Shown: in pieces, positions 45,414-46,238 of the stretch
Position numbering within the stretch: the stretch's first letter is position 1
How the letters are laid out: each line of letters opens with the position of its first letter
NCBI GenBank assembly: GCA_964623555.1
Contig: CAZURF010000001.1
Location: forward strand, 1,617-47,854
Reading direction: 5' to 3'
DNA: 46,238 nucleotides
DNA from: an uncultured Akkermansia sp.
Lineage (GTDB): Bacteria; Verrucomicrobiota; Verrucomicrobiia; Methylacidiphilales; Verrucolacustridaceae
Notes under the pieces: generated by a model
The model's input: only the letters and a program-made list of their open reading frames with translations
Told to the model about the DNA's origin: nothing
The model's database searches: none
Made by a program: the position numbers and the translations under genes

Positions 45414-46238
45414 AAACCAAGGAAGCCCCGAACCCCGAAAAGAGCGAAAACGCCTCGATTGGTTCCCAGTTGAGCGTGGCCCGCCTTCGGCACGGCTGGA
45501 CCATCGAGGAAGCCGCCGCCCGGACCCGCCTCCACGCCAACGTGATCCGTAACCTGGAGACGGATCGCTTCGACAAGCTTCCCAGCCTGGCCTACATCCG
45601 TGGCTTCCTCCGCATCTACGCCCGGGAGCTGGGACTGGATGCCAAGGCCATTCTCCGGGAATTCCAGCCCAACGCCTCGGACGTCGAGGACTCCATCCTG
45701 GATCTGCGCCCGGAGATGCTCGAATCCCTTCCCACACGCGCCGCCGAACCGGTCGTCACTTCCCGAAAGCTTGGCTTCGGGGTTCTTTCCGCGGCCGCCG
45801 TGTTTGTCCTCGCGGTTCTCGGCATCCAGATGTACCGGGTCTGGCCCGTCAAATCTCCCAAGGATCCGTCCACCCTGGCCCCGATCGGGGCGGATCAGAA
45901 AAGCGAGGCCTCCGCCCAGCCCGACTCCGCCAAGGCCAAGCCCGCCTCGGGGGATGAAGCCTTTGTGAAGACAGCTATTCCCGTAAAACCCTCCGAAGCC
46001 GCGGCCCCCGCCTCCGCCCCGGCTGCCCCTGCCACCACTCTTCCCCCCGTCCAATCCTCCGATCAAATGCCCGCCAAGCCCGCCGTTCCCCACCAGCTCC
46101 GGATCTACGCCAAAAAGGACACCTGGGTCCGGATTGTCGCGGTGCGCGACGGCAAGGAAGAGGTCCTTTTCGAGGACACCATCGACGAGGATGACATGAT
46201 GCCCCGCAAACGGGATGACGCCTGGACCGGGGACTCCT
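45410..46238 (+). CDS. rodZ: RodZ-like cytoskeletal protein (Xre HTH, TM helix, periplasmic linker), truncated by the window edge
   Basis: Not in the ORF track. ATG 45410 (ATGA overlap with ftsK) gives IGSQLSVARLRHGWTIEEAAARTRL...LETDRFDKLPSLAYIRGFLRIYARELGLD, a TM helix, an Ala/Pro linker and LRIYAKKDTWVRI. Confidence 0.88.
   Translation, partial: MKTKEAPNPEKSENASIGSQLSVARLRHGWTIEEAAARTRLHANVIRNLETDRFDKLPSLAYIRGFLRIYARELGLDAKAILREFQPNASDVEDSILDLRPEMLESLPTRAAEPVVTSRKLGFGVLSAAAVFVLAVLGIQMYRVWPVKSPKDPSTLAPIGADQKSEASAQPDSAKAKPASGDEAFVKTAIPVKPSEAAAPASAPAAPATTLPPVQSSDQMPAKPAVPHQLRIYAKKDTWVRIVAVRDGKEEVLFEDTIDEDDMMPRKRDDAWTGDS

Noticed and set aside
1-46238. CRISPR arrays, tRNA/rRNA, IS elements, integrons
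   Set aside because: Intergenic gaps are all short (about 130 bp or less) and show no spaced repeats, cloverleafs, terminal inverted repeats, transposases or integrases.

Overview
GC-rich, densely coding bacterial window, most likely Verrucomicrobiota (inferred from gene content and protein style). It holds about 41 CDS. I found no rRNA, tRNA, CRISPR array, IS element or prophage. In order: (1) aminopeptidase-gspE-gspF, running off the left edge. (2) A long minus-strand run: cNMP-binding protein, AI-2E permease, ElaB/YqjE/YqjK-like trio, proB, proA, a clan GH-A hydrolase/GT2 fusion and an ABC exporter. (3) A divergent plus-strand operon: STAS, MlaE, MlaF, MlaD, RsbW-like kinase and an MBL hydrolase. 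(4) WG-repeat protein, system II cytochrome c biogenesis (ResB, CcsA), folB, a secreted GH13 and cstA. (5) Lrp, aminotransferase, crtO-like gene, ACT protein and mqnC. (6) An alpha-glucan cluster: glgA, galT-like, GH57, and a GH57/DUF1926 protein with a degenerate active site. (7) rnr, phosphomannose isomerase, ftsK and rodZ, running off the right edge. Best candidates for an undescribed system are an MCE/Mla transporter nested in a partner-switching kinase/STAS pair beside cNMP genes, a cytoplasmic GH-A/GT2 glycan synthase coupled to proBA and an ABC exporter, and a glycogen cluster with a zinc-less GalT-like enzyme and a probable GH57 pseudoenzyme. Several sigma70-like promoters sit directly against start codons, suggesting leaderless mRNAs. 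All calls come from reading motifs by eye; no database searches were run.
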